A stretch of 64,000 bases of DNA from NCBI GenBank assembly GCA_031364845.1, contig JANLWX010000231.1, positions 51,864 through 115,863 on the forward strand, in the 5' to 3' direction. This DNA is from Candidatus Eiseniibacteriota bacterium. Lineage in GTDB: Bacteria > Eisenbacteria > RBG-16-71-46. Shown in pieces: positions 37,268-47,601 of this stretch. The notes under the pieces are model-generated. The model did no database searches. It had not been told where the DNA came from and worked only from the letters and a program-made list of their open reading frames with translations. Position numbers and translations under genes: made by a program. Position 1 is the stretch's first letter. Every line of letters starts with the position of its first letter.

Positions 37268-38266
37268 ATGCTGAAACTGTTCAAGGTTCTGGGGGCGCTG
37301 ATCCTCCTGGTGGTGATCGTCGCCGGGGGCGCATTTCTGTGGGCGCGCCAGGTGTCGACCGCCAAATATCAGAAGATGTGGACCGCGCACGAGGCCACGT
37401 TTCCGATTCCGTTTCCGCTCGACTCGGTCGAGATCGACGCACTCGCGCGCGAACGCATCGCCGCAGGCGCGGGGGCGCGTGATCCGCTCGCCGGTGTCGA
37501 CCTCGAAGCCGTCGCACTCGACCGCGCGCAAAATCGCGGGCAGCACCTGGTCGAGAGCCGGCTCGGATGCCTCGCCTGCCACGGTCCGGATGCCGGCGGC
37601 AACGTGGTCATCAACGTTCCCGTCGTCGGCTACTGGGCCGCCCCCAACCTCACGTCGGGTCCGGGCAGCGTGACCAACGGATTCTCCCCGCGCGACTGGG
37701 ATCTCGCGGTGCGCCACGGCATCCGCCACACCGGACAGAGTTCCTCGATGCCGTCCGGAGAATTCGTGAACCTCTCCGACCGCGAGTTGTCGGATGTCGT
37801 GTCCTACATCCGCAGCCGTCCGGCGGTCGATCGCAATGTCGGGCCAGTCCGCCTCGGGCCGGTGTTCACGTTCCTGACCGCCACCGATCCCACGATGCTT
37901 GCGGCATTCGTCATCGACCATCAGAAGCCGCACGCGCTCGAGCCGCCCGCCGAGGCGGTCACGCTCGAGCTGGGAGAGCACATCGTCGCGACCTGTCGCG
38001 GATGTCATCAGCAGAATCTCGCCGGCGGAAAGGTGCAGGGCGATCCCAACATGCCGATCGTCGCCAACATCACGCCGCACGAGACCGGGCTCAAGGACTG
38101 GACCGAGGGCGATTTCATCCGCTCGATGCGCGAAGGCAAGCGTCCGAACGGGACCGCGATCTCCGAGACGATGCCGTGGAAGTCCTACGCCAAGATGACC
38201 GACACCGAGTTGAAGGCGGTGTGGCTCTACCTGCGTTCGGTGCCGCCGCTGCCCAAGGGCAAGTAG
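37268..38266 (+). CDS. Membrane-anchored dihaem cytochrome c
   Basis: Two CxxCH motifs (CLACH, CRGCH), APNLT, NITP and MPW; N-terminal TM. Confidence 0.92.
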   Translation: MLKLFKVLGALILLVVIVAGGAFLWARQVSTAKYQKMWTAHEATFPIPFPLDSVEIDALARERIAAGAGARDPLAGVDLEAVALDRAQNRGQHLVESRLGCLACHGPDAGGNVVINVPVVGYWAAPNLTSGPGSVTNGFSPRDWDLAVRHGIRHTGQSSSMPSGEFVNLSDRELSDVVSYIRSRPAVDRNVGPVRLGPVFTFLTATDPTMLAAFVIDHQKPHALEPPAEAVTLELGEHIVATCRGCHQQNLAGGKVQGDPNMPIVANITPHETGLKDWTEGDFIRSMREGKRPNGTAISETMPWKSYAKMTDTELKAVWLYLRSVPPLPKGK

Positions 38267-38269
38267 GGC

Positions 38270-39787
38270 CTATTTCACCACGATGTCGTCGCCCGGCTCC
38301 ATCTTCGGCTCCTTGAGCCGCGGGATCGACGGCGCCCGGTCGATCGAGAGCTGAAGGTCCGCGTCCGCCAGCGCACGGACGCGGATCTCTTCTTTGGTCG
38401 CGCGCACCGCCACCACGCCCGCCTGTTCGATGCGGCCGCTCAGCCACGTCCCGCGCGCCGGCAGCTTGCGGTTCATGCCGTCCTCGGCGAGATCCGCCAA
38501 CTGGTCGACCACCGCCGAATCCGGAAGTCGCGCTTTCTCGCGCAGGAAGTCGCGCAGCTTCACGTCGTTGAGCCACTCGTAGCCCTGGACCAGCACCGCC
38601 GCGGTTCCGACGTCGTAGTCGAGATCGGGCACCGTGATCTGGCGGGTGATCAAGTCGTAGCCCGGCGTGCCGGTGAAGAAGATGCGCCCGCGAACCGCGC
38701 CGGACACACGCACGCCCAGCGCGACCTTGCCCCCGCCGATTCCCGAGATGCGCACATCGCGGATCCGAAGGCGGTGTCCTGCCTGCTCGATGGTGCGACC
38801 GACCATCGCCTTCCTCAACATCACGGTCGCAACGGGATAGGTGAACGACGCATCGAGCAGCACGCGCGCCCCGCGGCCCACGTCGCTCGCGCGCTCGAGC
38901 GGGGGCAGCGGCAACGAATCGAGCGCCGGGCGGGGACCGGTCGTGATGCGCGGCGTCGCGAACAACCGCAGATTCGCGAACGCCGTCTTCGCGGTGGCGC
39001 CGACCGAGCCGAGCTGCGCCCCCGACGGATTGATCGTCAGATACACGCTGTCGGCGAGTCGCACCGGTTTCTGCAGGCTCCGCCACACCTTCTCGAACCG
39101 GGGACGGACCGGCCATCGCTGGACGGCGCGATCGAACTTCGCGAGCTTTTCGGTGAGCAGTCCGCGCGTCTTGTTGAACACCTGTTCGGTGACGTCGATC
39201 CTGAGGAACGTGAGCCGGCACCGATCGCGGGCGCTGTCGCTGTAGGCCTCGAGCCGGAGCACCCGCGATTGCGTGCGCAGCTCCCAATCGGGAGTCAGTT
39301 CCGCCCTCGACTCGATCGCGAGTGTCGCGCGCCGCGGCAGATCGCCTCCGGTTCCGCACGACACCTCGACCTCGGGCCCGATCGGGGGCGCATACCACAC
39401 CTTGCCCGAGTATTCGACGTCCGCGGAGATCGTCACCGTCTGGCCGCTGACTCTGACGCGGAACGGTGAACGCTGGAGCAGAAACGCGTAGTGAACGCGC
39501 TCGTTGGTCTCGTTCTGGAACCGCACGTCGAGGTCGCCGTAGAGCTTGGGCACCGCGGCTTCGAGCGAATCGATGGCGGTGTCGAGGTCGTAGGTGATCG
39601 GGGCCTCGACAACCGAAATCGGGATCGGCGGCAATGAGTCGGCCGCGTCGGCGATCAATTCGGGCTGCGGTGCGTCGAGCACCAGTGTCGTGTTGCGCCA
39701 CATCAGCACCGCCACGGTCGCCACGATGATCAGCGCGGAGCCGAACACGGCGAGTCGGCGCGTCGAGGGTGCCATTGAGGGGCTCAC
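38270..39787 (-). CDS. DUF4403-family protein
   Basis: N-terminal anchor; SVVEAPI..LEAAVP; W..LQKPV; GRIFFTGTPGYD..VPDLDYD; GTGA overlap with the upstream kinase. Confidence 0.75.
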   Translation of the reverse strand: MSPSMAPSTRRLAVFGSALIIVATVAVLMWRNTTLVLDAPQPELIADAADSLPPIPISVVEAPITYDLDTAIDSLEAAVPKLYGDLDVRFQNETNERVHYAFLLQRSPFRVRVSGQTVTISADVEYSGKVWYAPPIGPEVEVSCGTGGDLPRRATLAIESRAELTPDWELRTQSRVLRLEAYSDSARDRCRLTFLRIDVTEQVFNKTRGLLTEKLAKFDRAVQRWPVRPRFEKVWRSLQKPVRLADSVYLTINPSGAQLGSVGATAKTAFANLRLFATPRITTGPRPALDSLPLPPLERASDVGRGARVLLDASFTYPVATVMLRKAMVGRTIEQAGHRLRIRDVRISGIGGGKVALGVRVSGAVRGRIFFTGTPGYDLITRQITVPDLDYDVGTAAVLVQGYEWLNDVKLRDFLREKARLPDSAVVDQLADLAEDGMNRKLPARGTWLSGRIEQAGVVAVRATKEEIRVRALADADLQLSIDRAPSIPRLKEPKMEPGDDIVVK

Positions 39788-41862
39788 GGCAACCGAATCA
39801 ATCCCGCCACGATCTCTGCGAACGCCAGGGGCTCAACGGGCTTGGTGGTGTGGACTTGATATCCCTCCTGAAGCGCCCGGGCGCGGTCTTCGCTGCGCGC
39901 GTATGCCGTCAGCGCCACGGCGGGAATCCAAGAGCCGTATGTGTTCTCCCACTCGCGAATCTTGCGAATCAGCGAATACCCATCCTCTCCCGGCATTCCG
40001 ATATCGGAAACGAGAACGGTCGGTTGCCAATCCCGGCAGATCTCGAATGCCTGGCCGGCCGAACCCGCTTCGCGAACTTCAGCTCCGCACTGTTCGAGCA
40101 TCTCGCGCAACAGGCCGCGCGCATCGATTTCGTCGTCGACCACCAGCACCCGAGCGCCTTCGAGGTTGGGCAGCGCATGGGATGTCGAGCGGGAGCGTTT
40201 CGTCGAGCGGCGGGGGGGCTCCTCGCCTTCGGACGCGCCGTGCGCTTCGCGCATCGGCAACGTCACGATGAACGTCGCGCCTTGTTCCTTGCCGGCGCTG
40301 TGGACCTTGACGCTGCCGCCGTGCAACTCCACCAGGTGCCGCACGATCGCAAGCCCGATGCCCACGCCGCCTGCCGCCCGCGAAGCCGAGGCGTCCGCCT
40401 GTCGAAAACGATCGAACGCATAGGGCAGGAACTCTGCGCTCAGGCCTTCGCCGGTGTCGCTCACGGTGATCTCGACATTCGAACCCGCATGCTCGAGACG
40501 CACGTCGGCACGCCCGCCGCGAGGCGTGAACTTGATCGCGTTCGACAGAAGATTCCAGACGATCTGCTGCAGGCGGCTCGCGTCACCCGAAATCGGGCCG
40601 GCGTTTACGTCGAGGGCGGCGCTCAGCGCGACGCCCTTCGCTTCCGCCATGGGCCGCACCGAATCGAGGGCGGACTCGATCGCCAGCTTGGGAAAAATCG
40701 GCTGCATGTCGAGCCGCAGTTTGCCCGTGATGATGCGTGACACATCGAGCAGGTCCTCGATCACCTGCGCTTGCGCGAGCGCGTTGCGTTCGATGACCTG
40801 TGCGGCATGCGCGGCCTTCTCTTCGGTCAGCGATCCCAGTTGCAGGAGCTTCGCCCATCCCAGGATCGCGTTGAGGGGGGTGCGCACTTCGTGCGACACG
40901 GTCGCCAGGAATTCGTCCTTGAGCCGGCTCGCTTCCTCGGCCCGTGAACGCGCCGCCCGCTCGCGGGCCAGCAATTCTTCGCGCTCGGTGACGTCGCGGA
41001 CGATCTTCGAGGCGCCGATGATCTTCCCCGACGAATCCCTTACGGGAGAGATCGTCAGGGAAACATTGATGAGGTTGCCGTCCTTGCGCCGCCGGATGGT
41101 TTCGAAGTGGTCGATCAACTCGCCGCTGCGGATGCGACGGAGGAACTCCTCCTCCTGGCCCAGATGTTCGGGCGGAATGAGGATCGTGATCGGCTTGCCG
41201 ATGATCTCGCTCGCCGTGTAGCCGAACATGCGCTCGGCGGCGATGTTCCAGCTGGTCACGATCCCATTGAGGCTCTTGCTCACGATCGCATCCGTCGACG
41301 AAGCAACGATCGCCGCGAGATGAGCGTGATCGCGCTCGGCGTAACGCCGGGCACTGATGTCCCGAAAACTCCAGACTCTTCCTATAGGGTGACCGTCAGC
41401 GAGTCGTGTCCGCGAGAGCATTTCGAATTCGCGTCCGTCGGCGAGTTCGACGACGTCGAAGGTCTCGAGCGGCGACTTCATCCTGATCCGTTCAACGAGC
41501 GCCGCAAATGCGCTGTCATCGCGAGTCTGATGGCCGATCTGTTGGAAGTGCGTTCGATCGTCACGCTGCGCCATCACGTCCGGCGCCAATCCCCACATGC
41601 GCGCATAATTATCGTTGAAGTCCGTGATGCGCCCATCGTGATCCGTGACGAGCACTCCATCGGGGGTCAGCTGAAGCGTGGCGCGCAGCACCGAGAGCGA
41701 TTGTGCCAGCTCCTGGGTGCGAAGTTCGAGCACGTGGCGCAGCGCGGTGAGGTCGGAACTTGGATGGGGATCCGTCTCCGCCACCGAGACCGTCTTCGGG
41801 GCGACAGCCGGCGCTTTCTTATTGCCTTCGTTCCGCGTCGATTTCATCTCAGTCCCGTTCAT
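39784..41862 (-). CDS. PAS-domain hybrid sensor histidine kinase/response regulator
   Basis: Two PAS domains; FLATVSHEVRTPLNAI; NLLSNAIKFT; DTGEG; GIGLAI; receiver VLVVDDE..SDIGMP..ALTA..KP. Confidence 0.96.
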   Translation of the reverse strand: MNGTEMKSTRNEGNKKAPAVAPKTVSVAETDPHPSSDLTALRHVLELRTQELAQSLSVLRATLQLTPDGVLVTDHDGRITDFNDNYARMWGLAPDVMAQRDDRTHFQQIGHQTRDDSAFAALVERIRMKSPLETFDVVELADGREFEMLSRTRLADGHPIGRVWSFRDISARRYAERDHAHLAAIVASSTDAIVSKSLNGIVTSWNIAAERMFGYTASEIIGKPITILIPPEHLGQEEEFLRRIRSGELIDHFETIRRRKDGNLINVSLTISPVRDSSGKIIGASKIVRDVTEREELLARERAARSRAEEASRLKDEFLATVSHEVRTPLNAILGWAKLLQLGSLTEEKAAHAAQVIERNALAQAQVIEDLLDVSRIITGKLRLDMQPIFPKLAIESALDSVRPMAEAKGVALSAALDVNAGPISGDASRLQQIVWNLLSNAIKFTPRGGRADVRLEHAGSNVEITVSDTGEGLSAEFLPYAFDRFRQADASASRAAGGVGIGLAIVRHLVELHGGSVKVHSAGKEQGATFIVTLPMREAHGASEGEEPPRRSTKRSRSTSHALPNLEGARVLVVDDEIDARGLLREMLEQCGAEVREAGSAGQAFEICRDWQPTVLVSDIGMPGEDGYSLIRKIREWENTYGSWIPAVALTAYARSEDRARALQEGYQVHTTKPVEPLAFAEIVAGLIRLP

Positions 41863-42150
41863 CCGGCGGCCGCGGAAGCGATGGCAAGACTCATGAGGAT
41901 CCCGCGTCCCGGAAGCAGAACACGCGAGGCCATACTAACATGCGCGACAATCCCCGCGGCGTGACCATCGAGTTCGCAAGCCCTCCACCGCCATAGCCAT
42001 TCCCTCCTCATTTCATGGGGCGGCTGCCGCGTGGGACCCGCAAACCCCCGATATTCTGATGGCCGGAGCTGATACCCGCCTCGCGAGGCGGAACGTGCTA
42101 TTCCTCCACTCGGCTGGTCACTCCACCTTCGAGGATCCGTACCCGATACC

Positions 42151-42831
42151 ATGCGACTCATCCCCGCTGTGCTCTGCTCCTGTATGCTGTTCGCGTTCGG
42201 ATGTTCGTCGGACCGATTCCCGACCGCCCCAGTGGTTCGGCCGGATTCGGTGGCGAACTACCGGGTGACGTTCGTTTCGACCTGGAGCGACACGTCGCAT
42301 CCCGTCCAGTTCCCGACCAGCGCCCACTTCTCGGGTTTGATCGGGGCGACGCACTCGGATCAGGTTGAGTTCTGGCGCGAGGGGCAACTCGCCTCGCCCG
42401 GCATTCAGGCGATGGCCGAGCTGGGTTCGAAGAGCCCGCTCGATGGCGAGATCACTTCGGCGATCCTCGCCGGCACGGCGCGCGATACGATCTCGGGCGG
42501 CGCGATTGCGCGCTCCCCAGGCCAGGTGTCGCTCGAAACGCAGGTCTCACTCGCTCACCCGCTCGTGACGCTGGTCACGATGATCGCACCGAGTCCCGAT
42601 TGGTTCGTCGGCGTCGGCGGCCTGGCACTGCTTCAGAGCAATCGGTGGGTCGACTCGCTCACGGTCGAGTTGTACGGCTGGGATGCCGGCACCGACGACG
42701 GTGTGACGTACATCGCGATGAATGCGCCCGCGGCGCCGCACGTTCCGATCTCGCGCCTGGAAAACGGTCCGTTCTTGGTGGGCGGTCAGGTACCCTCGCT
42801 CGGTACTTACACGTTCGTAAGGCTTCGATAA
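42151..42831 (+). CDS. Spondin_N-domain lipoprotein
   Basis: Lipobox AFGC; YRVTF..TWS..HP..FP..HFS..GATH, ASPG..MAE.G, MIAPSPDWFVGV and WDAGTD. Confidence 0.9.
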   Translation: MRLIPAVLCSCMLFAFGCSSDRFPTAPVVRPDSVANYRVTFVSTWSDTSHPVQFPTSAHFSGLIGATHSDQVEFWREGQLASPGIQAMAELGSKSPLDGEITSAILAGTARDTISGGAIARSPGQVSLETQVSLAHPLVTLVTMIAPSPDWFVGVGGLALLQSNRWVDSLTVELYGWDAGTDDGVTYIAMNAPAAPHVPISRLENGPFLVGGQVPSLGTYTFVRLR

Positions 42832-42870
42832 CCCTCGCGGGCGTCGTCTCGCGCCGAACGCGGGGGCCTC

Positions 42871-43287
42871 TCAGCGCCGTTCGACGACGAACGTCCCGAT
42901 GTAGGCCGTCGAATCGCGTTCGACGGTCGAGACCGGATAGGGCTCGAGCTTGACGATACGGATGCGATAGCCGCCATGATCCGCACCGCCGCTGGAGTCA
43001 TCTCCGCAGCCGAGGCACAACTCGAGCGTTTCGCGCGGTGTCCCGGACGTGCGCGCCTCGATCGCCACGAAGGCCTCTCCCGCCCTCACGCATTGCACAT
43101 CACGCGGGCAACGCGATTCGGACACGACGCGACGGAACAGGACATCGATCTCTCCGCTCTGGACCGTCGCGGCCCGGCCGACCCTGAGATCGAACGGCGT
43201 GCCGAGCATCGCGGGCAGGGGCTGGTTGCACGAGACGGACAGCAACAAGACGGCAATCCATCCCACTCTCAAAGCGGTGCGTGGCAT
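42871..43287 (-). CDS. Hypothetical lipoprotein
   Basis: Lipobox-like SVSC; ESRCPRDVQCVRAG and LEPYP motifs. Confidence 0.8.
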   Translation of the reverse strand: MPRTALRVGWIAVLLLSVSCNQPLPAMLGTPFDLRVGRAATVQSGEIDVLFRRVVSESRCPRDVQCVRAGEAFVAIEARTSGTPRETLELCLGCGDDSSGGADHGGYRIRIVKLEPYPVSTVERDSTAYIGTFVVERR

Positions 43288-43377
43288 CGGTGCTCTCCGG
43301 TGTGGTGTCCATGGCCAGATTGGCGATCGGCAAGGCTCGGGAACATGGATCAAGGGGACCTCATCGAGTCGAGACCA

Positions 43378-44442
43378 TCAAGCAATAATTCCCTGAGCAC
43401 CGTCGGCACGCAGGGCGGGTACGACACGGGTTCCGAGCAATTCGATCGCTCGCATCAGCCGGGTATGGGGCAGGTCGGCCACGCTCATCTGGAAGCTCAT
43501 GCGCGAGATGCCGCCCAGCGCCTCGCTGTATCGAAGAATCTTTTCGGCAACTGTTTCCGCGTCACCCACGAGGAGCGCTCCATGGGGACCGAGCAGAGCG
43601 TCGAAGTCCGCCCGGGACACCGGAGGCCAGCCGCGCTCCTTTCCAATCTTGCTGAAGGCGCGCGCGTAGCCCGGGAAGAATTCATCGGCCGCCTCGCGCG
43701 CCGTCGGGGCAACGTAGCCCAGGGCGTGGACGCCGACCTTCATTCGCTCGGGAGCGTGACCCGATCGCGCATAGGCTTCACGGTAGAGGTCGATGAGCGG
43801 CCGGAAGCGCCGGGGCTCGCCGCCGATGATCGCCACCATCAAGGGAAGTCCGAGTACGCCGGCGCGGACGAACGACTGAGGCGTCCCGCCGACACCGAGC
43901 CAGATCGGCAAGGGGTCTTGCATCGGACGCGGGTAGACGCCCTGGCCCGTGAGCGCCGGCCGATGTTGACCGGACCACGTGACATGCTCGTGGTCGCGGA
44001 TCTCGAGCAACAGGTCGAGCTTTTCGGAGAACAGCGAATCGTAGTCTTCGAGCTCGAGGCCGAACAGCGGAAATGCCTCGATGAACGAGCCGCGACCGAC
44101 AATCATCTCGGCCCGGCCGTGGGACAGGAGATCGAGTGTGGCGAATTCCTGGAATACCCGCACCGGATCCGCCGCACTCAGCACCGTGACGGCACTCGTG
44201 AGACGGATGCGTTGGGTTCGACCCGCCGCGGCCCCGAGGATCACGACCGGAGCGGAATCGAGAAACTCCTTGCGGTGGTGCTCGCCGATTCCAAACGAAT
44301 CGAGCCCCGCCTGATCCGCATGAACAATCTGCTCGACCAGCTCGCGCAGACGCGATGATGAGTCGACCGGTGTGCTCGTGAGGTCAACCGCCGCGAAGCT
44401 GTCGATGCCGATCTGGATGGTTCCCCCGGCGCGACCGGTCAC
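43378..44442 (-). CDS. LLM-class flavin-dependent oxidoreductase (luciferase-like)
   Basis: GTG overlaps the upstream TGA; IGIDSFA, FGIGEHH, SAVTVLSAADPVRVFQEFATLD, GRGSFIEAFPLFG and GVGGTPQS. Confidence 0.93.
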   Translation of the reverse strand: MTGRAGGTIQIGIDSFAAVDLTSTPVDSSSRLRELVEQIVHADQAGLDSFGIGEHHRKEFLDSAPVVILGAAAGRTQRIRLTSAVTVLSAADPVRVFQEFATLDLLSHGRAEMIVGRGSFIEAFPLFGLELEDYDSLFSEKLDLLLEIRDHEHVTWSGQHRPALTGQGVYPRPMQDPLPIWLGVGGTPQSFVRAGVLGLPLMVAIIGGEPRRFRPLIDLYREAYARSGHAPERMKVGVHALGYVAPTAREAADEFFPGYARAFSKIGKERGWPPVSRADFDALLGPHGALLVGDAETVAEKILRYSEALGGISRMSFQMSVADLPHTRLMRAIELLGTRVVPALRADGAQGIIA

Positions 44443-46406
44443 TCCTCCGACGCCGTCGCGCGCTCCCGGGCTGCCGCCTGTCCCATCAGCGTCTCCATCA
44501 AGAATGCGGAGAGCCGTTCGCCGTAGTAGACCTGATTGTCGAGCTTCTGAAATCCATGACCCTCGTCGGGTGCGATGAACATCCGCGGTTTCTGCCCATT
44601 CGCCCGCAACGCCGAGGCCAGCTGCATCGCCTCCTCGACCGGCACGCGCGGATCGTTGAAACCGTGCGCAATGAACGTCGGCACCTTGATCTTGTCGGCG
44701 CGGTGGAGGCTCGACACGCTCTTCAAGAAGGCGGTGTCGCTGAGCGGGCCGTACTCCGCCTCGCGCAGCTTGCGCCGGTAGCTGCTGGTGCGCTCGAGGA
44801 ACGTCTGCAGGTTGACGATCCCCACCACATCGACGCACGCGCCGAACAGCCGCGCCTTGCGCTCGCCGCGTTCCACCGCCTCCTGGTCCTCGACCACGCA
44901 CGCGACCGACATGAAGCCGCCGTACGATCCGCCCATCGCCGCGACCTTCCCCGCCGCCGCGTGGCCGCTCTTCACCAGCCAGTCCGCCGCCGCCACGCCG
45001 TCCTTCACGCTGTCCCAGCGCTTCGTGTAATTGTCGAGCATCTGGTACTCGCGGCCGTAGCCCGTGCTGCCGCGCACGTTGGGCAGCAGGATGCCGAAGC
45101 CGCGTGAGAGCAGGTATTGATTCGTCGCGCTGAAACCCGGCCGCGCCTGCGACTCGGGGCCGCCGTGATACGAGATGACGAACGGAATCGGCGTGCCCGC
45201 CGCATGTCCCGGGGGCAGGTAGAGCAGTGCCGGAATCTTGCGTCCATCGAAGGTCGCATACCGCACCACTTCGGGCAGCGGGAATGAGGCGAGATCGATG
45301 CCCTGATCGACGACGGCGGTCAGCGTGCGCGGGGTAGCCTTCGCCGTCGCATTCGAGAGGTCGATCGCATGAGCGATCGCCGGATGACGCGCGCTGCTCA
45401 GCGTGTAGACCAGCGTCGAGCCGCGGAATACACCGAGGCCGGCGACACCACGTTCGATCGCGGGCACAGCGACCGGCTTGAAGCCCGGCAGCGTGTAGAC
45501 GCGCAGCACCGAGAAGCCATCCTCGTTGATCGTGACCGCGAGAAGATCGCCGCGATCGTTGATCGAGGCTCCGTCGAGTTCCTGCGTGTTGAGGGCGGGC
45601 AGCGCGGGGCGCACGGCGCCCGTCGCGAGATCGCGCACGTAGAGCCGGCGGCGTCCGCCTTCGGCATCGGAACCGAGCAGCACCGACTTCTCTCCCGGCA
45701 GATAACCCACCACGTCGCACGCCGCGGTGCCGCCCTTGGGAGTGATCGTGATCTCGTTGAGTTCACCCGTCGCCGTCAGGAGTTCGAAGACATGACTCTC
45801 GGATGCCGACACCGCGCGCGACACCAGCACCCGCAAACCATCGCGCGTGATGTCGCGCGCTCTCCACGCGCCCGCCTTCGCGAGCACGCTGCGCGTGGCT
45901 CCCGTGGCGATGTCGTGTCGGTAGAGATGGAAGTCGGCCGGGTCCGGGGTGTTCGCTGAATAGATGAAGGCCGAGCCGTCGCGCAGCCACACGTTGAGGT
46001 CGGCCTGAACCTTGGGATCCGCGAGCACCGGGACACGGCGTGACGGATCGTTCAGATCGAAGCGCGTGAGCTGCGTGTTCTCGTCGCCGCCGCGTCCGTG
46101 CATCAAGACCACGTGCCGGCCATCGGGCGAGGTCGAGAACCGCGCGAGTCCGTCCGGAAAATCCGTGAGCTTCTCGGAAGCCGCGGCACCCGTCGCACCC
46201 GCGCGCGTGCGATACAACTGCCACACGCCGTCGGGGCGATCGCGCACGAGCAGCGTTCCATCGGGCAGCAGGTCCGGATTCGAAGGTGCCCGGATCGCGA
46301 GGAACTGCCGGATGCTCGCCTCTGCCGGAGGAACGGAAGAGTCCGCTCGGCTTGCGGATGCGAGCGCCGCGACGGCGACGAGAATTGAAACCAGGGGAAG
46401 ACGCAT
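44439..46406 (-). CDS. S9 family (prolyl oligopeptidase-like) peptidase, secreted
   Basis: Signal peptide; propeller region; HGGPE, PNVRGSTGYG, GGSYGG (Ser), NDPRV (Asp) and DEGHG (His). Confidence 0.94.
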   Translation of the reverse strand: MRLPLVSILVAVAALASASRADSSVPPAEASIRQFLAIRAPSNPDLLPDGTLLVRDRPDGVWQLYRTRAGATGAAASEKLTDFPDGLARFSTSPDGRHVVLMHGRGGDENTQLTRFDLNDPSRRVPVLADPKVQADLNVWLRDGSAFIYSANTPDPADFHLYRHDIATGATRSVLAKAGAWRARDITRDGLRVLVSRAVSASESHVFELLTATGELNEITITPKGGTAACDVVGYLPGEKSVLLGSDAEGGRRRLYVRDLATGAVRPALPALNTQELDGASINDRGDLLAVTINEDGFSVLRVYTLPGFKPVAVPAIERGVAGLGVFRGSTLVYTLSSARHPAIAHAIDLSNATAKATPRTLTAVVDQGIDLASFPLPEVVRYATFDGRKIPALLYLPPGHAAGTPIPFVISYHGGPESQARPGFSATNQYLLSRGFGILLPNVRGSTGYGREYQMLDNYTKRWDSVKDGVAAADWLVKSGHAAAGKVAAMGGSYGGFMSVACVVEDQEAVERGERKARLFGACVDVVGIVNLQTFLERTSSYRRKLREAEYGPLSDTAFLKSVSSLHRADKIKVPTFIAHGFNDPRVPVEEAMQLASALRANGQKPRMFIAPDEGHGFQKLDNQVYYGERLSAFLMETLMGQAAARERATASEE

Positions 46407-46590
46407 GAGCTGAACCTCCGGGGGCACCATGGGGACGCGCACTCGGCGTCGCCGCGCAGCCTCAGCATACGTTTCCCGACCGCGCGCGACCAGGACCAGA
46501 TACTGACGGCGGGCCCAGGCACGCAATGGTAATCTCCAGAACACACGAGGCGTCAGCCCCTGTGAATCTGCTCAGCAAGGAGGTCGTGAC

Positions 46591-47589
46591 ATGACTCCAT
46601 CGTTTCGGCGCTTCGGAATCACACTATTCCTGCTCGGCGTTGCGATGCTGCCATCGGCGGTCCGGGCGCAAACCCCGGTCTATATCAGCCAGTGGGGCAC
46701 ACCCGGGAGCGGCAACGGCGAGTTCTTCAAACCCTTCCGTGTCGCGGTGGACGCCGCGGGTGACGTCTACGTCGTGGACTTCGAGCGCGAGAGTCTGGGC
46801 GGCAACAGCCGCATCCAGAAGTTCACGGGGGCGGGCGACTACATCACGCAATGGGGATCATACGGCAGCGGCGATGGGCAGTTCATGAATCCCTCCGGTG
46901 TGGCGCCGGATGCGTTTGGCAACGTCTACGTGACCGAAGCCGCCAACTTCCGCCTCCAGAAGTTCACCAACACCGGCGCCTATCTGACGCAGTGGGGCTC
47001 ACCCGGAAATGGCCCCGGACTCGACAATCCCATCTCGGTAGCGACCGATGCTGCCGGCAACGTCTACGTTTCCGAACTCGCCACCCAGCGCATCCAGAAG
47101 TTCACCGCAGAGGGCACCTACATCACCCAGTGGGGTTCGTTCGGCAGCGGCAACGGCCAGTTCTTCAGTCCCGACGGAATTGCGGTGGATGCCTTTGGCA
47201 ACGTCTTTGTCGCGGACCGCAACAACAGCCGTATTCAGAAGTTCACCGACTCCGGGACCTATCTGACTCAGTGGGGTACGAACGGAAGCGGCGACGGACA
47301 GTTCTTCCAACCCACCGGAGTCGCGGTGGACGCCGCGGGCGACGTCTATGTCTGCGACAGCAACAACCACCGCATCCAGAAGTTCACCGGATCGGGCACT
47401 TACCTCACCCAGTGGGGATCGTTCGGCACCGGCAACGGACAGTTCAACTATCCCTATGGAGTCGCGGTGAACGCCATCGGTGAGATCTACATCGCGGACT
47501 TCGACAACTTCCGGGTTCAGAAGTTCGGACAGGTGAGCACACCGGCGAAGGCGTCGACCTGGGGACGGATCAAGAGCCTGTATCGCTGA
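46591..47589 (+). CDS. Secreted NHL-repeat six-bladed beta-propeller with C-terminal TWGRIKSLYR tail
   Basis: AAGGAGG RBS; six repeats of QWG..GSG.GQF..P.GVAVDA.G.VYV.D..N.RIQKF. Confidence 0.93.
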   Translation: MTPSFRRFGITLFLLGVAMLPSAVRAQTPVYISQWGTPGSGNGEFFKPFRVAVDAAGDVYVVDFERESLGGNSRIQKFTGAGDYITQWGSYGSGDGQFMNPSGVAPDAFGNVYVTEAANFRLQKFTNTGAYLTQWGSPGNGPGLDNPISVATDAAGNVYVSELATQRIQKFTAEGTYITQWGSFGSGNGQFFSPDGIAVDAFGNVFVADRNNSRIQKFTDSGTYLTQWGTNGSGDGQFFQPTGVAVDAAGDVYVCDSNNHRIQKFTGSGTYLTQWGSFGTGNGQFNYPYGVAVNAIGEIYIADFDNFRVQKFGQVSTPAKASTWGRIKSLYR

Positions 47590-47601
47590 ACCCGACGCGA
47601 T

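Noticed and set aside
43378..45720. 780-aa ORF read as a single large LLM protein
   Set aside because: The N-terminal 426 aa is an alternate frame of the S9 peptidase. LLM similarity begins at GTG 44442, which overlaps the peptidase stop.
46690..47530. ~141-bp periodic DNA repeats as CRISPR or another non-coding array
   Set aside because: They are coding NHL repeats in one open frame with no unique spacers. The same applies to the DTGSG repeats at 14280-14820.
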